Positions 28,499 through 43,992 of a stretch of DNA of 64,000 bases are shown here, in pieces (positions within the stretch are counted from its first letter, which is position 1; each line of letters begins with the position of its first letter). Location of the stretch: assembly GCA_964016885.1 (NCBI GenBank), contig OZ024741.1, forward strand, positions 166,036,001 through 166,100,000, given 5' to 3'. Under the pieces are notes generated by a model that saw only the letters and a program-made list of their open reading frames with translations, had not been told where the DNA came from and did not search any database. Source of the stretch: Eledone cirrhosa (taxonomy: Eukaryota). Position numbers and translations under genes: made by a program.

Positions 28499-30250
28499 GT
28501 GTGCTTACAAGTGTTTCCACGGTGGTACTGCAGCCTAGTTATGCTACGTGCAAATTCACAAGTACTTGCAGAACTCAAATATCCAATGCTGTGACCACTG
28601 TTTCCTCAGAGCAGAATGGTAAAATGTACAATGTAAATACCCTTAAGTGGGGTTGTTGGGGAAGATAGAGTAGAAAAGGAAGAGAGAAAAGTAGGGAAGA
28701 TGGAGAGAGAAAGAAAGATATGCAGGGATTGGAGAAGTAGGAGAGAGTGGCTTGTAGATATCTTAATCAAAATGTTATGGTAGGGGTTTTATTATACTGG
28801 TTACTTTTGGAGAGATGCGTTGATAGTTTAGGTCGGAATTATTTATTGCCCCAGAGGGCAGGTTCATAGATGTTGAGAGGGAGGTAGGCCAAAGGCGAGA
28901 GAGAGAGAGAGTGTAATGGATGTAGAGAGAGATAGGTAGAGAGGGGACAGACAAAGTTTGTGTGTGAGTGAACTTTGGGTTCGTAGTAGTAATCTACGAA
29001 TTGTACTGAGTTACCATGTATAGTGATAAGCAGTGTATTGTCTTGTAGTGTGGGGGGAAGAGAAGGTTGTTAGCTAGAAAGCGGTGTTATAGTTACGGGT
29101 TCGAATGTTAAGTTATTTTATAGTGAGAGAATTTAGCTTTTAGTTTGTGGTTGCAGTATAATGATCGTTCAATTCTATCGTTAAGTAGTTTGTTTTTGGA
29201 TTTTAATATATAAAAGAGCTCAAGGTTACATTGTGGGTCTGTCCTTACGTTCCCAGTAGCAATTATCGAACTTAATAATGGTTTTTCTAGCCTCGAGAAT
29301 AATATTAATTTCGTCCTCCGTCAGGTCGGAATTGGCCTTAGCAAACGATAGGGCCTTACGTAAAGTGCTTGGTGAGATGAAAGAGTAGTATTCGTCTATG
29401 TCAAATTGTATAAACTTAGATTTATTCTTATTCTTAACATTATTAAACCAGCGAATTACTTCGCTAGTGTTGCCCCATAATTTAATTTCAATTTTCTTTT
29501 TCACTTGAGTTATTACTCTGTCAAGTATATGTTTGCTAATTTTCCCTATGTCTGATTTAGAAGGGCATATAAGTCTGATCTTAGGGTTAGAGTCAAAATT
29601 TACCTTATGGTCCTTCAGGTTGAAGGTGGGGGTAGCGGGTATAATCGGCTCGGTTCTATCGTCTATTTTGAGATTCTTCACCACTTTATATGCCTCGTTG
29701 TTAATATTTGCTAGCGTAGTGTCATTTGTTTTTCTATATGTTTTGTGTAGTTCGTTGCGTATGAAGTTATTGTACGTATCGATATCCTCGTATACACGTT
29801 AGAAGTCTTGTCAGCTTTCACAACAATTCCACTGGTATTTTGCAATCTTCGGAGTAGTGCTTTCATGTTGTTCTGCAGCTCATTATTTCTATGTTTGTTG
29901 AACTTAATGTATATGGTCGTTTTCATTAAATCTTGTTCGAAAGCATCGAGATGAGGGTTTGTAGGTGGGTTTTTACATGATTTAAAACCATATGATTCAG
30001 ACGAGTGATTGGCGCGTCCTTTATCGAAATGGAAAGCTTTCCATCGTACACGCCGAATGAAGTAGTTATTGCGTTGAATCATACTAAGAATATATTCCCT
30101 TTTGTTAGGTATAGGTATGTTTTTAAGTGACATACCTATATGATGCCTTTCCATATTAATGCCGTGTGTCGGTGTGGTTGCTCAACTGTGTAGGAGGCGA
30201 TTATTAGGTATAGGATTATCCAAGATGTAGTAATGGTTAATTACTACACT
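28499..30250 (-). mobile_element. Internally deleted PLE (5' UTR, N-terminal RT, ORF C-terminus, 3' UTR)
   Basis: SLKNIPIP...RRVRWKAFHF, VVKADKTSNVY, LKDHKVNF...RLICPSKSDIGKISK, FIQFDIDEYY. Joined at about 29231 to CNLELFYI...LLNDRIE...YCNHK. Confidence 0.9.
28502..28613 (-). ncRNA. Hammerhead with extended helix II (copy of 30908-31019)
   Basis: Reverse complement of 30908-31019. Confidence 0.78.
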
Positions 30251-30261
30251 TATATATATAT

Positions 30262-31368
<1,107 letters not shown>

Positions 31369-31565
31369 TATAATGAAACGAGACGTCCGTCTGGGAAGAG
31401 ATATATTCGATATGTCTGATATGAAATAATACAGCCAATTTTCCACACAATACAATTAGTTAGCACCCCGAACGTTTAATTAGGAATAAACTCACTTATT
31501 TCCTAATGTTTGTTGAGTGAGTTGGAATTTGGCCGGAGTATCGCTAAAAGCTTTCTCCGATAATG

Positions 31566-31609
<44 letters not shown>

Positions 31610-31749
31610 TAATAGATTAATGTTTAAGCAAAGAATCGCTGCTTGCACCCTTAACGGGATCTTCTGAAACTAAAAAACTCTACGGTTTTTATATTATTAT
31701 GCTTATCGAACTCTCTTCGGATTTCAGTCTTCACATTTATTATTATTAT

Positions 31750-31934
31750 GCGGTGGATTGGCAGTATCGGTAGAGGGTCGGACGCCATGCTTTCCAGCAT
31801 AGTTGCGTCCCTTTGCGATCTGAGTTCAAATCCCGCCGAGGTTCACTTTGCCTTTCATCCTTACGGGGTCGATAAAATAAAGTACCAGTAATGAACTGGG
31901 TAATTGCTGGCCTTGTGCCTAAAGTAGAAACAAT

Positions 31935-31936
<2 letters not shown>
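31750..31936 (+). mobile_element. Young tRNA-derived SINE
   Basis: A-box-like tggcagtatcgg, B box gagttcaaatccc, family body. Confidence 0.88.
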
Positions 31937-31966
<30 letters not shown>

Positions 31967-32190
31967 TGTATGTATGTGTGTGTGTATGTGTGTGTGTGTG
32001 TATGTATGTATGTATTTGTGTGTGTGTGTGTGTGTGTGTGTGTTGAAAGTGTAGGAGTCCTAAATGCAGAAATATATGTAATAGCAATTGATCGCTATAA
32101 ACATTAGCATAGAAAATGATGTCAAATACACTGAGACAGTAAAACGATGCCAGCAACTGCTACAGGGATTCGAACTCCTTATCTCTTGAA

Positions 32191-32637
<447 letters not shown>

Positions 32638-34069
32638 AAAAGATACAGAAGCGAAAATCATGCCAAACCAAACAGTGAGTGTGCTCTATTATTATTTCTG
32701 GCAATATAACAATATGAGCCTCCCCAAATATAACAATATATCTATATATATATATATATATATAGTGAGTTAGCTACTTTATCTCCAAGGTTACCGCAAC
32801 AATAACTCTGTTTGCCACTGTCATAACATAGATTCCTTCGGTAACCACTTAGTTTAGCACAGCAGTAACCTACTGTGTGAACTTGAGATTCGAGGATCAA
32901 CTCTCCTTTCTATTTTTGTTCTTTTATAAATATGAAGAAAAGAAGAGTGCAAAAATTATTTTATATTAGGACTCAACCAAAAAATAACAGTTGAATGTGT
33001 CTAGCGGCAGTAGTGTTACTATTTAATAACTCTTTTCTCTATATTATTTTATCTGTCTGATCTTACATACTTTTAATGTCACAATAATTCACCCGAAAAA
33101 AAAAAGAAGAGAAATGTTGTGTTATCAGAAAATGGAGATATAGTGTAGCAACAATCTCTTTAGATCGGTTCAGCCGAGTATATATTTTCATAAAAACCGT
33201 TGACCTAGCCAGGAGTAAAAAAAATAGGTATACGGGATAATAAGTATTATATCACAATTGCATTAACAAACATGAATTCAAAACAGAAACTTTTGCCTAT
33301 AGAGAGAATAGTAATATTCTACATTGAAAATCATGGCATTGTGCGTAGGCAAAAAATAAATATTATTATCAACTGTATTACTATAATTCAAAATTCCAAG
33401 CGTAATCGAATTATTGTGAGGTTCTACCGGCCATCGATTAAAGTTTCATGTACACCTCTCACACAAAATATTAGTTTAATAAAATATTACTTTATATTAT
33501 ATTGCAAATTGAATCGTCGTCAGTCGATGAAATCATTATTGCAAAATAATTTCTTACAAATGTACAAGAACTTGCTGATTATATAGACTCAGTATCTAAC
33601 TGATATTTTATTTTATCGACACCGGAAGAAGGAAAGAGTCAAAGTTGACCTCGGCAAGAGGAATGAGGCAAAATAACAGTTATTATAGTAATCGCCAACA
33701 ATTATAACGAGATTGCCATGAATTACATAGAAAATATATTTAGCATATGACGGAATTAATAGCATTTATTTCATTACCATGGATGATGAGAAAACCGGAA
33801 ATGAATAGATCTAAAAACACTGCTGATCAGATAATGTTATGACAACCGGAAACGTGGTTTGATTTAATAATAGTTCTCATAGCTTCAGCGAAATACAAAG
33901 ACCTCTGATAATGCAGCTTATGTATGTACGGACCCGTAACTCCGGATGGAACTATAAGGACGTTGTAGTGACATCTTGGGCATTTTGAATCTGACGGAGC
34001 CTGTCTCCTCTCCAGGTCTGTGCACAGTCGATTTTTTCCAGAGAAGATAGCGTAATAGAAATGAAGTAA

Positions 34070-34227
34070 GAAACGATATAGAGGAAGAATCGACCCTAGT
34101 ACTGGACTGTTAATTTTTTTATTCGAGCTAGAACAAAAGGTTTAAATTGTTTAACCCTTTTGTTCTAGCTCGAAGAAAAAAATTAACAGTCCAGTACTAG
34201 GGTCGATTCTTCCTCTATATCGTTTCT
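34070..34227. repeat. Near-perfect foldback (about 70-bp arms) of a SINE-related segment
   Basis: gaaacgatatagaggaagaatcgaccctagtactgg... is mirrored at about 34156-34227. Confidence 0.85.
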
Positions 34228-34277
34228 CCAAAATATATTGTATCTAACATGTAGTAAGATCCGCATAACAAGATGTA

Positions 34278-34375
34278 CAGGGTGGTCTGAAAGTTTTGTC
34301 ACCCCTTGACACATATTGTTTTAACTTTCATTATTTTTTGTTTTAATAATATAATATATAATATCATTAATTATA

Positions 34376-34409
<34 letters not shown>

Positions 34410-34630
34410 TAATTTTCTATTTCAGAGCTCCTACAGTTTGAAAGAGAGGCTGCTTGCAAGTGTATGGACACATGATCGTGTGCATTCTGGCAAAAGCATG
34501 GGGTATGTGCGACATGACTTCACTGCAAGATTCGGCAAACCAGCTCCTCCGAAGAGGACGATATTGATTTGGGAACATAAACTGTTTCTCATTACTTTTT
34601 GGTAGGGGTGACAAGACTGTAGTTCCTGGT
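34278..34630 (+). mobile_element. Internally deleted Tc1/mariner element with N-terminal HTH (DUF4817-like) transposase remnant
   Basis: TA+CAGGGTG left TIR; right TIR remnant aggggtgacaagac. 34426-34590 reads SYSLKERLLASVW...VRHDFTARFGKPAPPKRTILIWEHKLF. Confidence 0.72.
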
Positions 34631-34798
34631 AAAGGAGTTCTGTAAAACGGTTTTGATTTCAGATTGAAGCTATTACACTTCAGCCACGAATATCTTTGAG
34701 AGAAGCAAGAATCGCATAACTCCTCACAAGCTCTTCTTTTTGAGAATAACATCTTTGAAGTTTAAATATTTCTTGTTTACTGATGGTGTGCATGGAAG

Positions 34799-34844
<46 letters not shown>

Positions 34845-36096
34845 TCATGCGCACATGCAGTTATATATATATATACACACAATATATATAGATATAGATA
34901 TATACACACACATAGAGAGAGAGAGAGAGAGAGAGAGACGAGGTGAGAGAGAGAGACGAGGTGAGTTGATTCTTGCCTTTAAGCTATGTTATGTCTTCTA
35001 CGGTGTAAATATAATTTGAACAGCCAAGAACCATATAGTCTAATGTATTTAGTTGAAAATAAAAACCCCAAAGATATCGAAGTTACTTATTGATCATTCA
35101 TTGAGGTTTGTAACTCTACTATTCCATATATATTATCAGTGGACGTAGCATGACGTTCGTTTCGCAATCATTAGGCCCCGTGTTCTGTCCCACTTCATGG
35201 CATATTAGACATGTTACATTCACGAATGCCTCGAGTCGACCTTAGGTAGCTTTATGCCTTGTGTGCTTTGTGAAGGAACCTGGGTAGTAAGAAACTATTT
35301 GGAACCTCTCGTCGGGTGGACTGTAACTGTAATTAAACGAGCCAGTTATGTCACTCAGTGTCAACGCTGAATCTCCCTGAGAATTACGTTAATGGTGAAA
35401 GTGTCTGTGGAATGCTTAGCAACTTGCACACGAATTGAATTTCACGAGCAACTTGAATTCCACGAGCAGATTGTTCTATCGTTTGAACAGCTGGAGTGCT
35501 CATCATCGAAACCAACGGAGGTCCATTCCATTCTATATAGCATTAACTTTCTTTCGAATTTAATTGATAATTGATTGGAATTTTGTATCTCTACTTTCCC
35601 ATATATTCGATCAACTTTACTTCGATTGTAATTGATTTATGAGATTGTTTATCGAAGTATATCAAAATGTTGTGTATAATGAAGTTATGTTTCCTTTAAG
35701 ATTATCAATCTCTGAATGAGTCAGTACCATAACAACAACGAAAGAAATAGATCACTTATGAAAATAAACGGATGGACATTAAGGGGGAGAAGTTAGAATA
35801 TGCAATGCAATATCACATGTAATTTTACTTTCTTCTTTATGGATATAAAGAAGACAGGATCAAAGCAGAGAAGGTATAATTATTTCAGTTTGAAAACTAA
35901 AAACTTTGTCTTTAATTCATTCTTAAATGAATGTACGCTCTGATATTTTACCCCCTTTGACACCAAACCGCCTTAGCCCACCCCTAGTTCTATGATATAA
36001 ATTGTATGATATAAAATTGTTTATTTAAAAACCTTCCACCATTATTTTTTGTAAGAAATTTTGTTAAGTTATCTTCCAAACACTAGAAAAAGTGTG

Positions 36097-36269
36097 CAGA
36101 CCTACCAACTCTCCCCGCTCGAAGGGGAGATCTCCCACCGCTTTGGGGTGAGAGATGTCTTCTCTTATAAAAATGAGTATAACTTTCATTATGCCTCATT
36201 TCTCCTCGTTTGGGGGCACTTTTTTTTCATAGTATTCCCCATTTGGTGTTTTAGAGGTTGGAAGGTCTG
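36097..36269. mobile_element. MITE with CAGACCTGCCAAC-type TIRs; homologs at about 17500-17687 and 37829-38022
   Basis: cagacctaccaac ... gttggaaggtctg; shared internal sequence in three copies. Confidence 0.75.
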
Positions 36270-36404
36270 ATTTATTTAAAAACCTTCCACTTTTATTTTC
36301 TGTAAGAGATTTTGTTAAGTTATCTTCCAAACATTGGATCAACAATGAGAAAGTTTCTTGTATTACTAAATCCCTCCAAATTCTTGATTATTATTAAATT
36401 CATA

Positions 36405-36520
36405 GTTCAAATTCCGCCGAGGTTAACTTTGCCTTTCATCCTTACGGGGTCGATAAAATAAAGTACCAGTAATACACTGGGATAATTGCTGGCCTTGTGC
36501 CCAAAGTAGAAACAATTATT
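36405..36520 (+). mobile_element. 5'-truncated SINE nested in a piggyBac-like remnant
   Basis: Family body, with attattaaatt on both flanks. Confidence 0.8.
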
Positions 36521-37828
36521 AAATTTATTTGAGAACCATAGGCTATGTATTTGATAAGAAATATGGTAATGAAACTTTTAAGTAATGAGAAAGTTAGTTA
36601 TATTACTAAACCATTCCAAATTCTTGTTTAAAATCCGTGGTAGCATCTTTCATTAAAAATATGATAATGGAAGACTTAACATCTTTAGATTTCGGCTTTT
36701 TTGTTCTTTTGTTGAGTCGTGTCTATATACATATATGTGTCATTTTTGTGTGTGATATTGTGTTTCCATAACGATCAATATCGTGTTTCCTCATGATTAA
36801 GGCACAGTCTATGTTTGAAGTGAATAGTAGACATGACAAATATTATGTATTGTCATAGCTGTATTTAGAAACAGCCATATTTATCATGCATGGTACTAGT
36901 AGTTGATGAAATCAAAAGAACCGAACATCAATGAAGGCTCTACACGGCTCCAACTTCGTTAATGTTTAGACGTGCTATTTAGAAAAGGAAATAAATGTAA
37001 AGTTTAAAGTACAAATATATGTTAGAAGTGTTAATTATCTATAGCACTAACACAGCGTGATTGATAATAGAGGGGCGTATAAAGACATATAAGGTGGTGA
37101 ATTGGCAGAGTCGTTAGAACGTCGGATAGAATGCTTAAAGGTATGCGTTCCGGTTTTTTGCTCTCTGAGTTCAAATCTCACCGAAGTCAACTTTGCTTTG
37201 CATCCTTTCGGGGTTGTTAAAAAGTACCAGTCTAATACTGGGGTCGATTATTCCTCTATATATTATTCTCATTTCCGTTCTCTCACTTTCTATCTTTCTC
37301 TGGAAGAAATCTACTGTACTCAGGCCTGGAGAAGGATGGGCTCTGCTAGGCTTAAAATGCCCAAGAGACGCCATTTGTCAATACGTCGCCCCTACGACTT
37401 TATCAGGAGTTACGGTACCATACATACATAAAGGCATATACGGTATGTTTATGTATAAGTCTCGTTATGAATATTTTAAGTTGCAATCATGTCACAAACT
37501 ATCTCAGGGGCCCTGTGAGAACGCCATACACTAAGGTTTCAGGATTATTTAATCTATTATCTGTGACGTTTACACATTCAGTATTGAAACAAGAATAAGC
37601 TATAACTTATATATTTGTTGAGTACTGGAGAAGTTAATTTAGAAGTAATACTCATATAGCGACATTTATATAAAATACATCAACAAGTAGAATAAATATG
37701 AACAAATATGTAAAGAAAACTATTCCTTTTGAGATATATAAAATAGAAGTGAAGGCGCGTAGCTTAGGGGTTTACGGTGTTTGGCTCACAATCGTAAGGT
37801 CATGTGTTCGATTCCCGGCAGCGCGTAG

Positions 37829-38022
37829 CAGATCTGCCAACCTCTAAAAATACAAACGAGGAATACCATGAAAAAAGTGCCCCAAAACGGGGAGAAATGA
37901 GGCAAAATGGGAAGATTTTAAATAATGGAAGTTATACCCATTTTCACAAGAGAAGACATCTCTCACCCACACGAAAGTGGGTGAGAGATCTCCCCCATCG
38001 GACGAGGAGAGTTGCAGGTCTG
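37829..38022. mobile_element. MITE inserted in a SINE head
   Basis: TIRs cagatctgccaac / gttgcaggtctg with flanks gcgtag / gcgttg; it interrupts the SINE just after its B box. Confidence 0.75.
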
Positions 38023-38265
38023 GCGTTGTGTCCACGAGCAAGAAACTTTATTTATCGTTGCTCCAGTTCACTCTACCGGCAAAAATGTGTTGTGTCTGTA
38101 ATTCAAAATGGCAGTTTTGTCACACAGTGTATCATACTGAATTTCCCTGAGAATTACTTAAAGGGTACAGGTGGATGAGGAATGCTTAGTAACGTTAATT
38201 TCCCGTGCAAGCTGTTCTGTTGAACATTCGTCGTCCAAACCGACAGAGGGACAACACACACACAC

Positions 38266-38320
<55 letters not shown>

Positions 38321-38834
38321 CGTTAAGTATGAAATTTGTAGCACTTTGTTTTTTTCTACACAGTTCTACAAATTTCATACCTGACGACCTAATATATATA
38401 TATATATATATAAAATAGAAACAGGCAGAACTTCCTCGTTGTTAATATTTAATGATTATTACATTAAATCATTACTTCACGAACATTCTAACACATTCTA
38501 CCAATTACATATCACACATTCCTCCTTGTCTCTCACCAGCCCCAACTCATGCCTGCTACATTATTTAACCACCTCAGTAAATATATATATATATATAATT
38601 GTGTATAGTTGACGATATATTTAATCGATTTCCACGTGCTATTAGAAATGCTGGGTAAATATTCTATAGCTGTTGATCGCGAATAGATAGCTGTCGTTTA
38701 TTTATCTATTATTTCTTCATAGGTGTCTTTTAATCTTATAGCCTTGTTTAATTGGTGTTTTGTGTGGTTGATTATGGTGATTGGGAGGGGAAATGGTGTA
38801 TATATTTTATCAAATGATTCTATGGACATACTTT

Positions 38835-38870
<36 letters not shown>

Positions 38871-38882
38871 CACATACACACA

Positions 38883-38969
38883 TACAGGGTGTCCCCACCA
38901 AAAATAATGTATACACATTTTGATTACAATGCTGTTGAAGTGTGTATACATTTTAAGGGACACCCTGTG
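38883..38969. mobile_element. About 85-bp Tc1/mariner-type MITE
   Basis: TIRs CAGGGTGTCCC / GGGACACCCTG. Confidence 0.75.
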
Positions 38970-39018
38970 TATATATATATATGTATATATATATATATTC
39001 ATACACAGACAAACATAC

Positions 39019-39067
<49 letters not shown>

Positions 39068-40800
39068 CAATAACCCACTCACATTTATGTGTGTGTAAAG
39101 AGAGAGAAACAGAGAGAAGAGAGGGAGAAAGATGATGCTGATGATTCGAATGTGCATATTTCCAATACAAAAATAACTACACAGTTTTGCTAACCTTTCA
39201 TTGAGATGAGATAATTGGTGAAAGTGAGGAGAGATGTAAAAGAGTACAGGACTTACTATAAATTCATGCGTTCATTTGAAACAGACATACTACTAACCTT
39301 ATTACAGCATGCTCCGGGAATACTTAAATAGATATTTATATTACCAAAAATATTAGATAAAAGAATGATTAAGTGAAAATCACATAAATAGATGATCCTT
39401 ACTTTTGTATAGAAGATAACTTTAATCGTTTTTTGAAATGCCTGGATACTTTTACGATTTAGATATTTCTATTACTTTTGGAAGGTCAGTGTTATGAAAT
39501 TACTTACGAACAAGCAAATCTTTTGAAATTGTAAGACATTATACAACTTACTTCTAATACCTTTTCGCCATATCCAACATTGTTCTTCCGAATCGTTGCC
39601 AAGCTTCCACTGTAAACGATCAGCTTATGTGTGTTTCTTTCATGTTTTCACGGATTCTTAGCTTACAGTAGTGTTATGTTACTGTCAGATATTGTTCTGC
39701 TATATCCATTATTTCTATTGTTATTCTTGTTATACTTTTACGAATGTTCTTCGAAGAAACTATATATTAGTTTCCAATTTAGTTGATCTCGTGAAGCAAT
39801 CCTAGGAATTTGTATATGATTGAATTTGGCAATATAGAGAACAACATTGGCTTGAGTTATAAAAGGAAACAGTTTTTGAAGTTTTTAATATTTTTCTTTC
39901 TTTTCCTCAACTTTTATTGTTTCATTTCCTTCCCAAAGTTAGTTCTACAGTTAAACATTAGAATATTTATATTTTCATAATGTATCAAAAATCTATTGAA
40001 AAATGGAAAATAATGGAAGCAGCTAGGCTGAAAGTAGATTGTGAAAGGATGAAATCAGACGTCACTTATTAAAATAAAGGTTATATATTTCAAAGCGAAA
40101 GACGGAGAAACATAAAATAATCTGAATAGTTTTAGTGTGAAATGAAATAAAAATGTCGGAATTGTATGTGTTTGGTAAGTGACATGATTTGAGACCGCGT
40201 GTTGAAACTGAAATAATTACATCATGCAAAATTCATTTAGTCATTTATTTTGTGGTGTGTGTATATTTTATTTTTTGAATGTCTAAACTGACTTTTCCAC
40301 GGTGAAATCAAAATTAGATTTAGAAAATTAACCGAAGTGAAACAATATCCTAGTGAAAATGTTTGAGTTGGAAACCAAAGTTTGTGTAAATGTGGATCAA
40401 TTCAGCAAAGATGTTAAATGGAATGTTTAGATAAATATGTAGAAAAAGAAAACAAGAATCAGTGAGCAAAATAAAATGGAATTTCGGAACATTCAAAATA
40501 AATGTGAATTCCATAATTCTTTAAGTCTGACATACCTAGGGTCATTTAACATAGTGAAGCCTATTCTTTCCTAACTAGACTCTAGACTTGTGTGAGGTAT
40601 TGGACTCGAACTACAAACTGACAAGAGACGTGATCTTTAGAGAATAATATCGATTTGAATTTAGGTAAGATGGCGAACTGAGTCGTTAGAAAGAAAGTAA
40701 ATTGGAAGAGCTTTCAAAGTGTTGGATAGTATTCATTCTGGCTTTCAACGTTCTGAGTTAAAATGTAGCCGAGATCAACTCTGCCTTTCATTCTTTCGTG

Positions 40801-40908
40801 TTTGATAAATAAAATACCAGTCTTTGATAAATAAAGTACCAGTCTTTGATAAATAAAATACCAGTCTTTGATAAATAAAGTACCAGTCTTTGATAAATAA
40901 AGTACCAG
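40801..40908 (+). repeat. Five tandem copies of a 22-bp SINE segment
   Basis: tttgataaataaaRtaccagtc x5. Confidence 0.9.
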
Positions 40909-41268
40909 CAGTGGATTAGTAGAATCATTATAGAGTCGGATGGAATGATCTGTTGTATCTGTTCAGTTCTTTGCGTACTGAGTTCAAATCCAACCGCGGT
41001 CAACTTTCCATTTAATCTTTCCGTTGTCGATAAATAAAACACCACTCCAGGGTAGTCAATTGGTGGAATTGTTACAGCTTTGCAGTATTGGTTCCATTTT
41101 TTTTTTTTTTTTTTTATTTGCTCTAACAAGGCGCTGCCGGAAATTGAACTCACGACCTTATAATCACGAGCCGAACACTCTTCGCAACCAAAACCTAAAA
41201 ACCAAATTGTTGAATCAGAAGAACATGATTAATATTGTGTTCATGAAATTATGATTGATAGGTTAGGA

Positions 41269-41486
41269 CAGGGGTTTTTTTTTCAAACTGTGGGTCCCGA
41301 CTAATTCGTGGGTTGTAAAATAAATAAAATGTGTCGCGGCATTTAGAAAAAAAAAAGCAAGTGATTTATTACACATAGACATCATAATATATTTATTACA
41401 CATAGACATCACAATATATAATAGAGTTCTTTTTTTTTTGTGCGGGGTGTCACAGTAAAAAAAAAAACCCAGCTTGCAAAACACTT
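41269..41486. mobile_element. hAT-like MITE remnant
   Basis: CAGGGGTTT...CAAACTGTGGGTC left end; ttgcaaaacact right end, degenerate. Confidence 0.45.
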
Positions 41487-42755
41487 GCTTGGGCGATGGA
41501 AAGAAAAACTGAGAAGGAAATGGATGGGAAAATACAATTTTAGAATTGACTGAAGTAAGAAGGCCGTGTTTAGAGAAATCAAGGATCAAAATTAGAATTA
41601 TGAACTACCTACATTTCAAACCTTTTCCAACGCTGAAACAGCCGTTCACCCACATCACGTGATTCTCCCTCTTTTGTAAGAATGTGGCACTTGATTGTGA
41701 TTTTATTTTCGTCGCTCCATTTCTTTTTGTCTCTGGTTTCATCGCGTCGTTTTACTTACCTGTGGTTATAAACCTGTAGTTTCTTTTGTGGTACAGTTGC
41801 ATGATGAGGACCTATGGATGCTTGTATCCTCTGAGGTGAGGTGTTAACAGCTCCACTTCCATCACACTCCCCCTGCTCGAGGGTTTCATTTCCGGTTGCC
41901 TGCAGAGACCCGCGTCAAGAGTTCCATCACATAGTAATTTGAATGTATAGTTTATGAGGTTTACGTTTATGAGGTTGTGCAACTACCAGTACTTTTATTG
42001 TGTACACCATCACTAGGAAGGTCACTAAGCAAGTCTAAAGACCCCTGCCTAGCCTTTTGACTGTTGTTGTCGTTGTTGTTGTTGTTGTTATCATTATTAT
42101 ATAAATGTTTCTAATACACGCTTGGTTACCGGGTAACTTGTGGTTATTAATAAACAAAAATTAAATAGTAAAGAATTATTCATATGAAGAAATTCTCGAA
42201 AACTGAAAAATTTAACGTAGAAAATTATATTCTAAAAATATGAAATTTCAAAATCCAACTCAATTATATGGAAATAAGCAACTAATTCTATTTAATTTGG
42301 AAACATTAACTGAAGCAATAGGAATAATTATGAAGTACTTCTTGCAAAATTTAACACCATTTTCATATTTTATTCCCTCTCCTGGTTTTTATTCTATTAC
42401 GCGCTTTGTTTTATATTATATACATATAGAGAGAGATTTTTATGGGTTTTTTTATAGTTTTATGTATATTTTTCCCACACAATTTTATCACAGATTTCTA
42501 TTTGACCTCGCAGTTCGTAACTGATTTTCAATAAATTTCATATAAGTTTCTCTCTCTCTATATATATATATATAATAAAGTATATATCCCTACAGGCAAA
42601 AAGCGTCTAGGGAGCATGTATTGTCCAACCATATGCCAATGTGGTTCAATGGCAGGTTAATAAATTAACGAGCCAGAACATATATAATCAAGGTTTAGCA
42701 AATAAGAAAAAGTTTCAAAATAAATTCAAAAAAATTCACTGTACTCACTATGGTT

Positions 42756-42842
42756 ACCTTTACCGAATCGGTTTCGAGTCTCAAAAATAAATGGACAGTC
42801 CTTGCGGCCTTCCATTGAACAGATAAACTCTCGTCAGAAGGT
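42756..42842 (-). ncRNA. Type I hammerhead with extended helix II
   Basis: Minus strand ACCTT CTGACGA GAGT ... ACTC GAAA CCGATTCGG TA AAGGT; inner hairpin AATGGA/TCCATT capped by CC-GCAA-GG. Confidence 0.87.
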
Positions 42843-43134
42843 TCTTTTCACTCGGGGAATATAAAATTCCCGAGTTCAAATTACGAACTGGCTCTATTCA
42901 AAATTGTTCCCGAGATGAGAATGAATGATGTGGAAGCAATTCTGTCCAGTGCCGTGTGTAAAGATAGAAGCAGAGGAAACGCCGAGGAAACGCCTTCTCT
43001 ATTCTGTCCGCCGGGGCCGTGGAACGGCAAGCGCCTGGGACCCCATTTGCTCGTAATAGTGAGAGATGGAGAGGGCGGGAGAGACGGAGGCGATGACAGT
43101 AGGAGTTTGGCTCCTCTATATTCGGACCTGGTGT

Positions 43135-43170
<36 letters not shown>

Positions 43171-43914
43171 ACTTTTTTCGTTCGATATGACAGTAACAAG
43201 TAGTACTAATAAATCAAACATTTTACTCTTTCAAACAACAACAACAATACCAATAGCTACGACAAAATTGAAAGATATTGGGAAAAAAGAAGACATATGA
43301 TCGACAAAGTATTAGCTCAAAATGATGAACAATGTCTGAACAGTAGAAATATTTAAGATGAATAGAACGGGAAGATATCAGACGTTTTGTGTGAATCCCT
43401 CTATCAAATTAGAGTAATAAAAGAAAAGATTAAGGAATAAAATAAAGTGTAGGAACGATACTAATTTCGAGATACGATGTGTATTAAATGGATATATTCT
43501 GAGGTATGGGAAGATTGACCGTTAAAACACGAGGTGGGTAAGCAAACAAGGTGGCAGTGAGAGTAGATAGGAGGCAGTTTGAGTAGTCAACTGGTGGAGA
43601 GAACAAGGTAGGGCCATACATATGCACATATTTACATACAGTCACTGCCATACATATTCACATAGTCAAGTCACACCTATTCCTTGCCATACACACAGTC
43701 ACAGTCATACATATTACTGCTATATACATATACACAGTCCTACATATACTGCCATTCACACAGTTACACATATTCACTACCATACATATACACACAGACA
43801 GTCACTTATATTCACTGTCACACACACAGAGTCAAGCATATTCATTCTGATGCACATAAACAAAGACACACATATTTAGTGCTGTAGATATACACCCAGT
43901 CGCACATATTCTCT

Positions 43915-43973
<59 letters not shown>

Positions 43974-43992
43974 CCACACATATCAACTGACA

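Noticed and set aside
31750-31840. tRNA gene
   Set aside because: The A/B boxes belong to a SINE head, and no complete cloverleaf can be formed.
34417-34752. 111-aa minus-strand ORF
   Set aside because: It is the antisense of the mariner remnant and has no recognisable motif.
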